Below the pieces are notes generated by a model. The model did no database searches, was not told where the DNA came from, and saw only the letters and a program-made list of their open reading frames with translations. From NCBI GenBank assembly GCA_964474985.1, contig CAYYUW010000040.1, positions 5,383 to 69,382 of the forward strand: DNA of 64,000 bases. Reading direction: 5' to 3'. This DNA comes from an uncultured Alistipes sp. (GTDB taxonomy: Bacteria; Bacteroidota; Bacteroidia; Bacteroidales; Rikenellaceae). This document shows, one piece after another, positions 1-9,908 of this stretch; within the stretch, counting starts at the first letter, position 1; every line of letters begins with the position of its first letter. Made by a program: the position numbers and the translations under genes.

Positions 1-374
1 GTCAGGTGCTTTCGATGGCGGTCGAACCTCCGCTCGAACGGCTCATAGCACGCTATGACAACCCGTCGCCGTACGTGCTGCCGCTGCTGGCCGGCGACGA
101 CAGCTATCGGGCTTATCGCGTGCAGCAGCGCAGTATGAACCGCAGCATCAGTGCGCTGGGACGTGAATTGGGCTTCGAGGTGCCGCTGACGTTCTATGTG
201 GCGCGCCATACGTGGGCGACCCTTGCACGCGACACCGGAGCGCCGATACAGTTCATAAGCGAGGGTATGGGACACACCTCCGAGCGGACCACGCGCATAT
301 ATCTGCGTCAGCTCGACCGTGGCCGCATCGACGAGCTAAACCGCTGCGTGATAGCAGCCGTTACCGCAGGCTGA
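1..374 (+). CDS. Tyrosine site-specific integrase/recombinase, C-terminal part (5' end outside window)
   Basis: LTFYVARHTWAT...ISEGMGHTSERTTRIYL matches the HxxR/GH/Y catalytic boxes of Bacteroidota phage-integrase family proteins. Confidence 0.9.
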   Translation, partial: QVLSMAVEPPLERLIARYDNPSPYVLPLLAGDDSYRAYRVQQRSMNRSISALGRELGFEVPLTFYVARHTWATLARDTGAPIQFISEGMGHTSERTTRIYLRQLDRGRIDELNRCVIAAVTAG

Positions 375-2967
375 ACTTTATGCGCAGCATTACTGACGCC
401 GGACGCAGCCGGTAGGAGTAGACTAAGCTGAAGTCGTCGCCGTACGATGCCGAGCGGAATGTTCCGGTATCGAACAGGTTGCGGGCGCAGAGCGAATATT
501 CGATGCGCTTGGTGCGGTAGCTCAGATCTATGTCGGCAAAGAACATCGAGCGGTCGCCGTGTGCTATGGCGCTGTTGTAGTGGTGCTGGCCTGTGATCGA
601 CAGGTTGACTTTGCGGGCGATGATGAAGCCCAGCGTCGCCTGCTGTATGGCCGTGTCTATGGGCTTGAGCGCCGTGCTGCCGATGCGGTTTTCGCTGCGC
701 CCCCATTCGGCTTCGCAGTCGAGACGTATGGCGCGTGTGAAACGTGTGGAGAAGGCTATTCGTGCCGAAGTGAGGTCGAAGCGTGCCGGCATTATCACCC
801 CGTCGCGCCACAACTGACTGTGCGAGCGGCCGTAGGTTCCCGTCAGGGTTACGGTGGTGGCGATGTCGTCGAAGCGTTTGCTCAGCTTGGCTGAGATGTC
901 ATAGCCGTGCGAGATGTTGTCGATCGGATAGGCTTCGACGCGGCTCAGCGTCCCGATGTACGTTACGCCGTAGGTTCGGTTGCTGCGATTGCGGCGGTAA
1001 GAGGCGTCGAGCGAGCCGAAGAGCGACGATATGGCGTTGCTGTATGTAAGCGAGGCGCGGCAGTTTTGGACGTAGGTGCGGGCGATGCCGCCTTCGCGTG
1101 CCGATATGGTGCGGTAGCCGCTCATTATGAAGCCGCTGTAATTGTCTGCCGCGGTGCCGGTGTATTGGCCGTAGCGGGCCGAGGCGCTATATTTCAGGTC
1201 AGTCGATATTTTGCCCTGAATGCCCAGTGAGGGCGAAAACAGCGGCCTGTCCAAGCGATCCGTGGTGTGTGCGATGCGGTCCTCGGAGCGGACCGAGACG
1301 AAATCGACCGGCAGCTGGAGCCAAATGTTCAGGTCCTTGTCGTTGCGGTAGCCGATGCGTGCGCCGGCGGAGCCTGCCAGTCGCCGCCAGCGTATGTCGT
1401 TGCGCATCGAGTCGGCGGCTTCGGCCGCGGCGGTCGAGTGCAGCGCCGATACGGTGTGCTCGATCTGCGCCTCGGCTGCAGCGGTCAGAGAGAGGTCCCA
1501 GCGGCCGAAGCGGTGCGAGTAATAGAATGTGTTTTGGGTGGAGAAGCGCTCCTTGTCCAAGGTTTGCACGGCCCCCGTTCCCGCCTCGGCATCGAACAGA
1601 TCGTGATAGGGCGTCGGTGATATGTCGAGCGTGGAGGGGTTAGATGTGTAGCCGGTCCGCGACGAGATCTGAAACGTGTGGTTGCGGCTGTTGCCTATGT
1701 ACTGGAAGCGGTTTTCGACACTCGCTTCGGGCAGCGTGAGCAGCTGCCCTATGGAGTCCACCGTGCTGCGGTTGCGGTCCCACGAGCCTTTGAGGCGCAG
1801 CTCCTCGATCAGGAAGCGGCGTTCGGTGTTGGAGCGCAGTTTGAGTTCTATCTCGGCGCGGTCGCTGCGCAGTTTGGCTTCGGTATTCTCGACGATGCTT
1901 AAGGGGCGGCCGTCGGGCAGGTAGTAGACCGTGGCCGACACTCCGCGCTCACTCTGCAGGTCGTGCGAATAGGTGGCGTTGGCATTGATCTCCATATCCT
2001 TGCCCCACTTGCGGATCGCATTGGCCGATACGGCGTGTACATTGTTGCGCAGGTAGCGGCTGCGATCGAGCGGGGGCGTATCGGGGCGGGTGATGCCGAG
2101 TTGCGAACCGTTGGACCCGCTGTCGAACAGGTCGCCGATCTCGGCTGCCACGTCGCTGCCCTCGTTGTTGGTCTTGTAGGCATCGAGCGTCTGGAACGTG
2201 CGGCCGAAGTACATCGCCGTAGCCTCGCCGTTCCACATGACTGGCTTGTATCCGGCTCCGGCCTGAACGGTGGCATTGAACGTGCCCCTGACCGACTCCT
2301 TGAGCTTCAGGTTTATGGCCGCCTTGTCCGAAGGGCGGAATCCCTTCAGTGCCTTGATCGGCTGGTGATTCTCCAGCACCTGAACCGAGGCTATGTCGCG
2401 TGCGCGGATGTTGTTGGTGGCCATTCCGTACCGGCCGCCCATCATATCCATACCCTCGACGTAGAAGCGGTTGATCGAGGTCCCGTTCACCTTGATCTCG
2501 CCCGATTTGGCCACCTCGATACCGGGCATCTTTTTCATCACGTCACCTATCGAACGGTCGAGCGAATCGATATAGCCGGCAACGTTGTAATTCAGCGTAT
2601 CGCTCTGACGCTGTATTGGTTGCGCCTTTACTACCACTTCGCGTATCTTCAGTTCCTGCCGTTCGACCTCGAAGTCGGCACGCTGAGTCCGCGCCGCTGC
2701 GCGGCGTCTGACGGTCCGGATGTTGAAACCGGTCACAACGATAAGTATCGAGTCGTTCTTCGGCGAGCAGTCGATCGAGTAGCTGCCGTCGGCGCGGCTG
2801 ATCGCATAGCCGTACATGCTGCGGCCGTCGGGTGTCTGCAGCATAATGTTGACATCGGCTGCCGGACGTCGGTCGCCGGTCGTAGTCACGGTGCCGCTGA
2901 CGGTAATCTGGGCTTGCGAGGCGATATGCAGCAGCAGGAGTGTCGTCGAGAGCGCGAATACCCTCAT
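361..2967 (-). CDS. Outer-membrane beta-barrel/TonB-dependent-receptor-like protein with N-terminal carboxypeptidase regulatory-like domain (GLPGLI-associated type)
   Basis: Signal peptide, DRSIGDVMKKMPGIEV plug-like motif, VLENHQPIKAL, C-terminal barrel strand ending in F-S-L-R; directly downstream of a GLPGLI gene. Confidence 0.8.
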   Translation of the reverse strand: MRVFALSTTLLLLHIASQAQITVSGTVTTTGDRRPAADVNIMLQTPDGRSMYGYAISRADGSYSIDCSPKNDSILIVVTGFNIRTVRRRAAARTQRADFEVERQELKIREVVVKAQPIQRQSDTLNYNVAGYIDSLDRSIGDVMKKMPGIEVAKSGEIKVNGTSINRFYVEGMDMMGGRYGMATNNIRARDIASVQVLENHQPIKALKGFRPSDKAAINLKLKESVRGTFNATVQAGAGYKPVMWNGEATAMYFGRTFQTLDAYKTNNEGSDVAAEIGDLFDSGSNGSQLGITRPDTPPLDRSRYLRNNVHAVSANAIRKWGKDMEINANATYSHDLQSERGVSATVYYLPDGRPLSIVENTEAKLRSDRAEIELKLRSNTERRFLIEELRLKGSWDRNRSTVDSIGQLLTLPEASVENRFQYIGNSRNHTFQISSRTGYTSNPSTLDISPTPYHDLFDAEAGTGAVQTLDKERFSTQNTFYYSHRFGRWDLSLTAAAEAQIEHTVSALHSTAAAEAADSMRNDIRWRRLAGSAGARIGYRNDKDLNIWLQLPVDFVSVRSEDRIAHTTDRLDRPLFSPSLGIQGKISTDLKYSASARYGQYTGTAADNYSGFIMSGYRTISAREGGIARTYVQNCRASLTYSNAISSLFGSLDASYRRNRSNRTYGVTYIGTLSRVEAYPIDNISHGYDISAKLSKRFDDIATTVTLTGTYGRSHSQLWRDGVIMPARFDLTSARIAFSTRFTRAIRLDCEAEWGRSENRIGSTALKPIDTAIQQATLGFIIARKVNLSITGQHHYNSAIAHGDRSMFFADIDLSYRTKRIEYSLCARNLFDTGTFRSASYGDDFSLVYSYRLRPASVMLRIKFSLR

Positions 2968-2968
2968 A

Positions 2969-3901
2969 CTATTCCAGCTCTATCGGATTGCAGACAAGCC
3001 TCCACTCCTCGTCGAGGATGACGAGCTGGCCGGTGGTTTTGTCCGGAACGACGAATATGGCCTTTCCGCCGTCGCCAAGGTGGTCGTAGGGCGAATTGTA
3101 GAGGCTCCGGCGGAACCGGAGGTACTCCTGTCGGCTCATCTTGCGGTATTTCCAGTCGTAGAAGCATATCGGCTGCGGCGTTTGGTGCAGCCCGCAGCAT
3201 TCGAATGTGAAGTGGCCTTGCGAATCGGTTGCCCGAAGAATAAGCCCGGGCAGCCCCGAGAATTTGTATGGTCCCGTGCCGAGCGGTATCTCCTCGGTGA
3301 ACCATACCGTCCAGTCGCGACCGCCGTATCGGGTCGTGGCCGTGCGGCAGAGATAGCCGGCTACGGTATCGGTCCGTTCGCCGATCTGCCAGTCGAACTG
3401 CGGCTGCGCCTCCTCGTACAGTATCTCGCTGGTAGACTTGTGCGGCAGCCTCTCCACAACGCGCATCGTGCGTGCCGCAAGGTCGGTATATATTTGGTAC
3501 GGCTGCGTGATCTTGCCGTCGAGGGTGATATTCGGTTCTATCTTCTGCGCTTTCAGCCACATCAGCGAGTCGGCGTCGAATGCGCGCCGGCTGCGGAAGC
3601 AGGTGAAGCCGTCGCCTGCGAGCAGCTCCATACGCTCGGTCTCTGTACGGTCGGGATTTTTTACGTCGCCGACGAAGGTAAGGTCGTAAATGACCGTTAT
3701 CTCGGCCATATCGACAGTGTCGCCCTTCGAGATGTTGCGCGGGAGGTAATGCGGGTGGAAGTCGTAATCCTTTAATAACGAAATGGAAGAAATGTCTTCG
3801 GGCTTGAGGTTTCGTGTCTGTCCGCTAAGGGTTTTGAAGCCCTGTGCCGCCACATTGAACGATACGATGCAGAGGAGGAATAGTGCTGCAAGTCTTTTCA
3901 T
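2969..3901 (-). CDS. GLPGLI family protein
   Basis: GPYKFSGLPGLILRATD signature, signal peptide MKRLAALFLL, C-terminal NPIELE; start moved to ATG at 3901. Confidence 0.9.
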   Translation of the reverse strand: MKRLAALFLLCIVSFNVAAQGFKTLSGQTRNLKPEDISSISLLKDYDFHPHYLPRNISKGDTVDMAEITVIYDLTFVGDVKNPDRTETERMELLAGDGFTCFRSRRAFDADSLMWLKAQKIEPNITLDGKITQPYQIYTDLAARTMRVVERLPHKSTSEILYEEAQPQFDWQIGERTDTVAGYLCRTATTRYGGRDWTVWFTEEIPLGTGPYKFSGLPGLILRATDSQGHFTFECCGLHQTPQPICFYDWKYRKMSRQEYLRFRRSLYNSPYDHLGDGGKAIFVVPDKTTGQLVILDEEWRLVCNPIELE

Positions 3902-3967
3902 GGGTGTAGTATTTTTGTTTAAAACGGTGCAGCGGCGGCATATATTGTATTGGTCCGGCATTTCCGC

Positions 3968-4879
3968 CTATTGGCGTCCGAGCAGGCCTGCGGTGATCTG
4001 GCAGCGCATCAGAACGAGATAACGGGCCTTTGCCGGTTGCATACGCAGCAGATAGCCGGCGGCCAGTGCCAGCGTGCCGCACCACTTGACTGCTTCAGCC
4101 AGCAGCCGGCGGCAGTACGTCCCATTGCCGCGGGTGCGGATGCGTTCGCTCAGTCCGATCATACGGCTCAGGCGCGAGAAGTATTCGTGTGTCAGCTTTT
4201 GCGGGGCTATGTGATGATATATGACGGCATCGGGAACGTAGTAGAATGGTTCGCCGCTGCGGCTCAGACGGTTGAAGAAATCGGTCTCCTCGCCGCCGAT
4301 GAGCTTTGCGCCCGTGCGGCCCAGTGCAGGGTCGAATGCGCCGTAGCATTCGACGGCCGACCGCCGAACCGCCATATTGCCGCCACCCGGGCAGCGGCCC
4401 CGCCCAAAAGGCCGCACTTCGCTGCCTAAATCGAGCGGATTGGCTATCGGCCGTTCGGTGTATGGCGACAGCCAGTGGGGGCGTTCGCCTTCGTAGCTCG
4501 GCACGATGCGTCCGCCGGCGGCGACGGCCTCGGGGTGCGAGTCGAAAAAGGATATGTACGCCTCGACGAACCCGACATTTACAGTTTCGTCATCGTCGAT
4601 AATCGCTATGTAAGGGCTGTCGCTCTCCTCGATGCCGCGGTTGCGGGCGTAGCTGAGACCCTGACGGGATTCGTGTACTAACCTTACGGGCATCCCGCTG
4701 TGTGCGGCTGCGAACTCGGCGAAGCGGTAGGCGGTGTCATCGCTGCTGTTGTTGTCCACGACGACGACCTCCCACACCGACCGCGGAGCGGTCTGCGCCT
4801 CGAACGAGCCGAGAGTCCGCAGCAGCGACTGCGAGCGGTTGTATGTGGCGACGACGACGGTAAGGCGCGGCATAGACAT
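3968..4879 (-). CDS. Glycosyltransferase family 2
   Basis: VVVATYNR, VVVVDNNSSD, GLSYARNRG, IIDDD motifs. Confidence 0.9.
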   Translation of the reverse strand: MSMPRLTVVVATYNRSQSLLRTLGSFEAQTAPRSVWEVVVVDNNSSDDTAYRFAEFAAAHSGMPVRLVHESRQGLSYARNRGIEESDSPYIAIIDDDETVNVGFVEAYISFFDSHPEAVAAGGRIVPSYEGERPHWLSPYTERPIANPLDLGSEVRPFGRGRCPGGGNMAVRRSAVECYGAFDPALGRTGAKLIGGEETDFFNRLSRSGEPFYYVPDAVIYHHIAPQKLTHEYFSRLSRMIGLSERIRTRGNGTYCRRLLAEAVKWCGTLALAAGYLLRMQPAKARYLVLMRCQITAGLLGRQ

Positions 4880-4893
4880 CGGTTTTTTCGGCG

Positions 4894-6135
4894 TTATTTC
4901 ACAAACATCCTGCCGACATCGTTCCACCGGCAGTCATTCGGTGCCGGTTCGACGCCCAACAGGTGGCATAGAATGACATACATATTCTGGTTTTGGAACG
5001 ACTGCTGCGCATATCCTTTGCGGAAAGCCGGTCCGGAACCGTAGAATACCATATGCATATCGCGGTCGTAGCAGTCGAATCCGTGTGCTCCGCCCTTTAC
5101 GGGGCGGTGCGGCGCATCGGGCGAGCAGTACTCCACCGTCCAGCCCGTATCAGGCATCACGATGATATTGGTAAGGCGCGTCGGGTGGCTGCCGTAGTGG
5201 AACCGTGCAGGCAGGTCTTCGCGGCGGAATGCCTTGATGCCCTTAACCTTGCGCAGCTGACGCAAAGCCTCGTCGACATACTCGCCGTCCACCTCCAAGC
5301 CGAACGGGCGCCCCGACACGGTGCGGACCACGCGCCGGGGGTCGAGTACGCCATAGAGATCGGCCACGCGATCCTCTGAAAGGGCAGCCATACCGTGGTC
5401 GGCCGTCACTATGAAGTTGATCCTGTCGTATACGGGCGACTGGCGAATTTTCCAAAAGAAGTAGCGCAGCGTCGAGTCGATATGCTCGGCTTTGGCTGCA
5501 GCCTCGGCCGATTCAGGCCCGTAGCGGTGCATAATGGCGTCAGGCTCCTCGAAATACCACATTACCAAGTTGGGAATCTCGTCCACGGGGCGCGTCATCG
5601 CCTCGATAACCCAGTCGGCACGTTCGCGATAGGTCGGTTCGGACGAGTAGTTGGTCCATACGGTAGCCTGACGGCCGCCAATGGGCACCTCGCTGCCCGG
5701 CCACATAAATATGTTGGCCACGCGACCCTGACGCTCGGCCGTATTCCATATCGGCTCGCCTCCCCAAAAACCTTCGGTGCGCGTGTCTGCCTTGCTGAAT
5801 ACCGACATCTCGCGGCCGGCTTTGCGGTCGTAAAAACCGTTGTTCACCACACCGTGGTGGTCGGGATGCAGACCCGTCGCCATAGCATAGTGGCTGGGGA
5901 AGGTGTTGGACGGATATACGGGATAGATTTCGGCATAGCTGCCGACAGCGCGCAGCGAGTCGAGCGTCGGAGTGTTGGCCCGCTCGGCCAGATCCCAGCG
6001 GAAAGCATCCATCGAGAGGATTATCACATATCTGTTGTCGTTGTCGAAAGGTTGCTCCGACACGGAACGGACGGCTCGGTTTACGGGCGAGCATCCCACT
6101 GCGATCGCCGCGAAAAGTATGAGGAAACGTTTCAT
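4894..6135 (-). CDS. Alkaline-phosphatase-superfamily nucleotide pyrophosphatase/phosphodiesterase, lipoprotein
   Basis: ILSMDAFR, PSNTFPSHYAMATGL, EEPD..H..GP, TADHGM, GAHGFD; lipobox AVGC. Confidence 0.9.
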   Translation of the reverse strand: MKRFLILFAAIAVGCSPVNRAVRSVSEQPFDNDNRYVIILSMDAFRWDLAERANTPTLDSLRAVGSYAEIYPVYPSNTFPSHYAMATGLHPDHHGVVNNGFYDRKAGREMSVFSKADTRTEGFWGGEPIWNTAERQGRVANIFMWPGSEVPIGGRQATVWTNYSSEPTYRERADWVIEAMTRPVDEIPNLVMWYFEEPDAIMHRYGPESAEAAAKAEHIDSTLRYFFWKIRQSPVYDRINFIVTADHGMAALSEDRVADLYGVLDPRRVVRTVSGRPFGLEVDGEYVDEALRQLRKVKGIKAFRREDLPARFHYGSHPTRLTNIIVMPDTGWTVEYCSPDAPHRPVKGGAHGFDCYDRDMHMVFYGSGPAFRKGYAQQSFQNQNMYVILCHLLGVEPAPNDCRWNDVGRMFVK

Positions 6136-6170
6136 TTTATTTAGGATTAGCTGTGCAAAGATAAAGATTT

Positions 6171-6499
6171 GCGAGAGCAAATGCAAGCTCGCTTGGGCGT
6201 TTTGCGGGGCGAAGACTGCGGAGGAACGCGACGAGCGGGCCTTCGCCGCCGGAGGCTGCGGCTCGCGCGGCCCCTTTGGGCCGCAATTAGTCGCTGCGAA
6301 TATTCGCGCCCGCCCTCCGCCCTTTTAGGGCGGGCGCGCGGGTTGCCAAAGGACCCCAGATATTTTCGACACAGACTATACGCAATCTTACTTGTGACAA
6401 TTTTCGCCTCAAAGTTGCGAGTTGCAGCCTGCGAAGGGGAGCAATAGCGAGCCTTCGCCGCCGGAGGCTGCGGCTCGCGCGGCCCTTTTGGGCCGCAGT
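6171..6499. repeat. Modular GC-rich palindromic repeat cluster 1
   Basis: 47-bp unit GCCTTCGCCGCCGGAGGCTGCGGCTCGCGCGGCCCYTTTGGGCCGCA at 6239-6285 and 6451-6497; other modules shared with clusters near 17240, 24300-24800 and 49020-49300. Confidence 0.9.
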
Positions 6500-6545
6500 A
6501 AACATTTCCCTCGACGCACATCCTCGTACCCCCCCCCTCTGAAGC

Positions 6546-6578
6546 AAAAAACGGTCGGCACCGTAGTGGCGCCGACCG
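6546..6578 (-). terminator. Intrinsic terminator of the TonB-dependent receptor gene
   Basis: Hairpin CGGTCGGCRCC/GGYGCCGACCG followed by a T tract on the minus strand. Confidence 0.75.
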
Positions 6579-6602
6579 CATAGGAAGCTAATCCCGACGG
6601 GA

Positions 6603-9600
6603 TTAGTTGAAGGTGTAGCGGAAGCTCAGCATAGCCGACCAAGTCGAGGCGAAGCCTGCATACTTGTCCCACTTGGGAGCGGTGAAGGTGTAGCCCTTGG
6701 CCTTGTCGTACTTGATGATGCTGCTGTTGTTCATACGCTGTACGTTGCCCCACTTGCCGTTGATCAGGTTGGCCACGTTGTTGATATCGACACCGATGGT
6801 GATCGTGTTGCGACGACCGGTGGTGTTGAGGATGAAGTCTTCCGAGAACTTGAAGTTGAAGGTGTGCTTCCACGGCATAACCGCTCCGCCACGCGTCGAG
6901 TACTCGCCGCGGTGCTTCTTCAGGTAGTCGTCCTGCTCGATGAAGGTGTTGAACTCGTCGCGGTTTTTGTCCGACGTGAACTTCATATTGTTCAGCTCGG
7001 TTACGGTCGGGATATAGATCAGGTTGTATGCACCCTTGTCGCCCGTAACGCACGAGGTCATAGTGTACGAGTAGCGGTTGTACGAGTAGCCGCCGATGTA
7101 GCCGTAGCGATAACCCTCGTAGAACAGACCGATGGTGGTGGCGGTCTTGTTGCTGAACTCCTTGCGGTAGCCGACACTTGCGATTACGCGGTCGGGCGAT
7201 ACGTACGACGAGTAGCCAAGCTCAGGAGTGTTCGAACCGTTCACGTTGTAGGTGTTGGTGTTGTAGGCCGACGAGATCTGGTCGCCGATACCGTCGATGA
7301 CGTTCTTCGATGCCGAACGGGTGTAGGCTGCCATTAACGATACGCCGCTGCGGAAATCCTTCTCCAACTTGACGGTGAACGAGAAGTAGTAGCCGTTCTT
7401 GCCGGCGTTGGTGATGTAGTATGCGTTGTTCAGCTTCTTATCGTTGACCTTGATGCTGCTCCAGAGCTTGCGGTCTGCGGGTTCGCCATCGAGTCTCTGC
7501 GTACCCTCCTCGAGACCGAGATACTGGCACATTACCGAGTTGATATCCTTGTTGTAGATACCCTCCAAAGTGGCCTTGATGCCGCCCGGGAGTTTCATAT
7601 CCAATGCCAAGGTGCTCTTCCATGTGCCCTGCATCTTCAGGTTCTTGTCGATAATGGTAGCACCGCCCGGGGCTGGCAGATCGCGTGCGGTGAATGTGCC
7701 GCCGTAAAGCTCATTCAGAATGCCGTTTACATCCTGATGGAATCCGGGCTTTTTGTAATAATCATTATTGGGATCGGTGATGTCGTGGGTCGAGATATAC
7801 TGTGCTTGGAGGCAGTTGCTGTTACCTGCAGCCGATACGATCCAAACGAAGGGGATACGGCCGGTGAAGATGCCGGTACCGCCGCGGAGGATATACTTGC
7901 GCTCGCCGGTGATGTCCCAGTTGAAGCCTACGCGGGGAGCCACGTTCAGGCGGGTCTTGGGCATATCCGAGGTCTTGTAGCCGCCGTGATCCTTGTACAT
8001 AGCTTCGAACGCCTTGTTATTGTTGCCTTCGATCGTGGGGTAGCTCGGAATCTCGAAACGGACGCCGGCGCTCAGCTTGAAGCGGTTGCTGAAGGTGATC
8101 TCGTCCTGAACGTATGCCGAGTACTGGAGGTACTTGAACGAGGGGTAAACCTGCTTCAGGTCGTCGCGGTTCGAGTGGGTGATAGCGAATGCTAAAGGCT
8201 TGGCGTTGCCGTCGTTGGCTGCATCCTTGAAGTCCTCCCACGAGTTGTATACGTAGTAACCCAGACCACCCTGCATAAAGCCGTTCTTGGTGTTGTTGTG
8301 CTCGAACTGGAGACCGGCGATAAGGTGGTGCTTGCCGGCGGTGTAGCCGATTTCGTCGGTGATGACGACAGTCGACACGTCGCGCAGGTTGCCGTAGGTG
8401 AAGGGGTCAGGACCGAACGAGGTCAGGACGGCCTTGGTCTCGTTGCCGCTTTCGTCGGTGATGTTCTGAAGAATATCCACGGTCGGGAAGTTATCGCCGA
8501 CAAAGCTGCGAGGCTCGTACTGGTGCGAATAGGTGCCGCGGAGGGTGTTGGTCAGACGGCCGTCGAGGAAGCGCGAGTTCAACTCGGCTGCCAGCGAAGT
8601 GAAGTTCTGCTCTTGGAAGTAGCGCGAGCTTTCGAAATACATCGCGTACTGCGAGGTACGGCCGTAGGTGTTACGGTTGTAGGGATTGGGGTTGAGGGGG
8701 TTGACAGACGATGAGGGCGACGACGAGTACTTGTTGCGGGTCGTGCTGAAGCGAACGTTCGCGCTGTGGTTGCTGTTGATGTTCCAGTCTAAACGGGCAA
8801 CCAATTTCCAGTCGGGGGTGCTCAGCGAGTAACCTTCGTAACGGCCCGGATTGTAACCGAACTTGTCGATGAGGAACGATTTGATCTCCTCCATCTGTGC
8901 AACGGTGGGACGGTTGTAGGTAGTACCCGAACCCCACTCGGTATCCTCGTCGGGACGGGCCTGATAAACCGAACCCGGGGTCTCGTCCATATCGTACTCG
9001 AAGTTGGCGAAGAAGAAGAGCTTGTTCTTGACGATCGGGCCGCCTACGCTGACACCGATAGTGTTGTTGAGCTGCTTGTTCTTGGTCAGACGTCTGAAGT
9101 TGCCGTTTTCATCGGTAATGCCGTAGTGGGCACCCTTCAGAGCCTCGTCCTGATAGTAGTCGTATACGGTCGCCTTGAACTCGTTGGTACCGCTCTTGGT
9201 CACAGCGTTGATAGCACCGCCGGTGAAACCGCTCTGGCGGACGTCGAACGGAGTGATCGAGATCGAAATCTGCTCCAGTGCGTCGAGCGAGATAGGAGTA
9301 CCGCCTGCGGGCAGGTTGCCGCCGATACCGAATGCGTTGTTGAACGCAGCACCATCCACGGTTACGTACGACTGACGGTAGTTACCGCCGCCGATAGCCA
9401 AACCGTTCGAGGTGGAAGAAGCCTGCGGAGTGAGCTTCATAATGTCGTTCATGCTGCGGCTTGCGGTCGGGGTGAAAGCCATACGCTCGCTCGAGATGCT
9501 GGTCATCGAGCCAGAACGGTCGCTGTTCATCGACGACGAGCTGCCATCTACACTTACCACTACGGCATCGACACCGATAGACTCCTCGTTGAGATAGGCG

Positions 9601-9908
9601 TCCAGCGTGAAGTTGTCGGCCAGAGCCACTTCGATACCGGTCTTCTCTACGGGCTGGTAACCCAGCATCGAGAACTCTACTACATACGGACCTCCCGCAC
9701 GGATGTTCAGAAGGCGGTAGTTACCCTGCACATCGACTGCGGCTCCGTACTTGGTTCCCGACGGGGTGTGGGTTGCCACTACGGTAGCGCCTACCAAGGC
9801 TTCACCCTTGGCATCGGTCACCTTACCGCTGATGCTCGAAGTCGTCACCTGCGCCGAAAGCGACAGCGTAGCGAAAATCGACAAAATCAAAAAGGCGAAT
9901 TTCTTCAT
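6603..9908 (-). CDS. TonB-dependent receptor (Oar-like, carboxypeptidase regulatory-like N-domain)
   Basis: 1101 aa, signal peptide, PISLDALEQI..PFDVRQSGFTGGAINAVTKSGTN motif, C-terminal RYTFN. Confidence 0.9.
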   Translation of the reverse strand: MKKFAFLILSIFATLSLSAQVTTSSISGKVTDAKGEALVGATVVATHTPSGTKYGAAVDVQGNYRLLNIRAGGPYVVEFSMLGYQPVEKTGIEVALADNFTLDAYLNEESIGVDAVVVSVDGSSSSMNSDRSGSMTSISSERMAFTPTASRSMNDIMKLTPQASSTSNGLAIGGGNYRQSYVTVDGAAFNNAFGIGGNLPAGGTPISLDALEQISISITPFDVRQSGFTGGAINAVTKSGTNEFKATVYDYYQDEALKGAHYGITDENGNFRRLTKNKQLNNTIGVSVGGPIVKNKLFFFANFEYDMDETPGSVYQARPDEDTEWGSGTTYNRPTVAQMEEIKSFLIDKFGYNPGRYEGYSLSTPDWKLVARLDWNINSNHSANVRFSTTRNKYSSSPSSSVNPLNPNPYNRNTYGRTSQYAMYFESSRYFQEQNFTSLAAELNSRFLDGRLTNTLRGTYSHQYEPRSFVGDNFPTVDILQNITDESGNETKAVLTSFGPDPFTYGNLRDVSTVVITDEIGYTAGKHHLIAGLQFEHNNTKNGFMQGGLGYYVYNSWEDFKDAANDGNAKPLAFAITHSNRDDLKQVYPSFKYLQYSAYVQDEITFSNRFKLSAGVRFEIPSYPTIEGNNNKAFEAMYKDHGGYKTSDMPKTRLNVAPRVGFNWDITGERKYILRGGTGIFTGRIPFVWIVSAAGNSNCLQAQYISTHDITDPNNDYYKKPGFHQDVNGILNELYGGTFTARDLPAPGGATIIDKNLKMQGTWKSTLALDMKLPGGIKATLEGIYNKDINSVMCQYLGLEEGTQRLDGEPADRKLWSSIKVNDKKLNNAYYITNAGKNGYYFSFTVKLEKDFRSGVSLMAAYTRSASKNVIDGIGDQISSAYNTNTYNVNGSNTPELGYSSYVSPDRVIASVGYRKEFSNKTATTIGLFYEGYRYGYIGGYSYNRYSYTMTSCVTGDKGAYNLIYIPTVTELNNMKFTSDKNRDEFNTFIEQDDYLKKHRGEYSTRGGAVMPWKHTFNFKFSEDFILNTTGRRNTITIGVDINNVANLINGKWGNVQRMNNSSIIKYDKAKGYTFTAPKWDKYAGFASTWSAMLSFRYTFN

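Noticed and set aside
6171..6499. Repeat clusters as CRISPR arrays
   Set aside because: No regular repeat-spacer period, module order varies, and no cas genes are present
6529..6537. C9 homopolymer as a phase-variation tract
   Set aside because: Intergenic, downstream of a terminator and far from the next promoter
6147..6581. Short ORFs over the repeat clusters (also 24362-24865, 48975-49369, and the 63-aa N-extension of the AraC ORF)
   Set aside because: They translate the same non-coding repeat modules (e.g. ASLRRRRLRLAR) in different frames, with no start context
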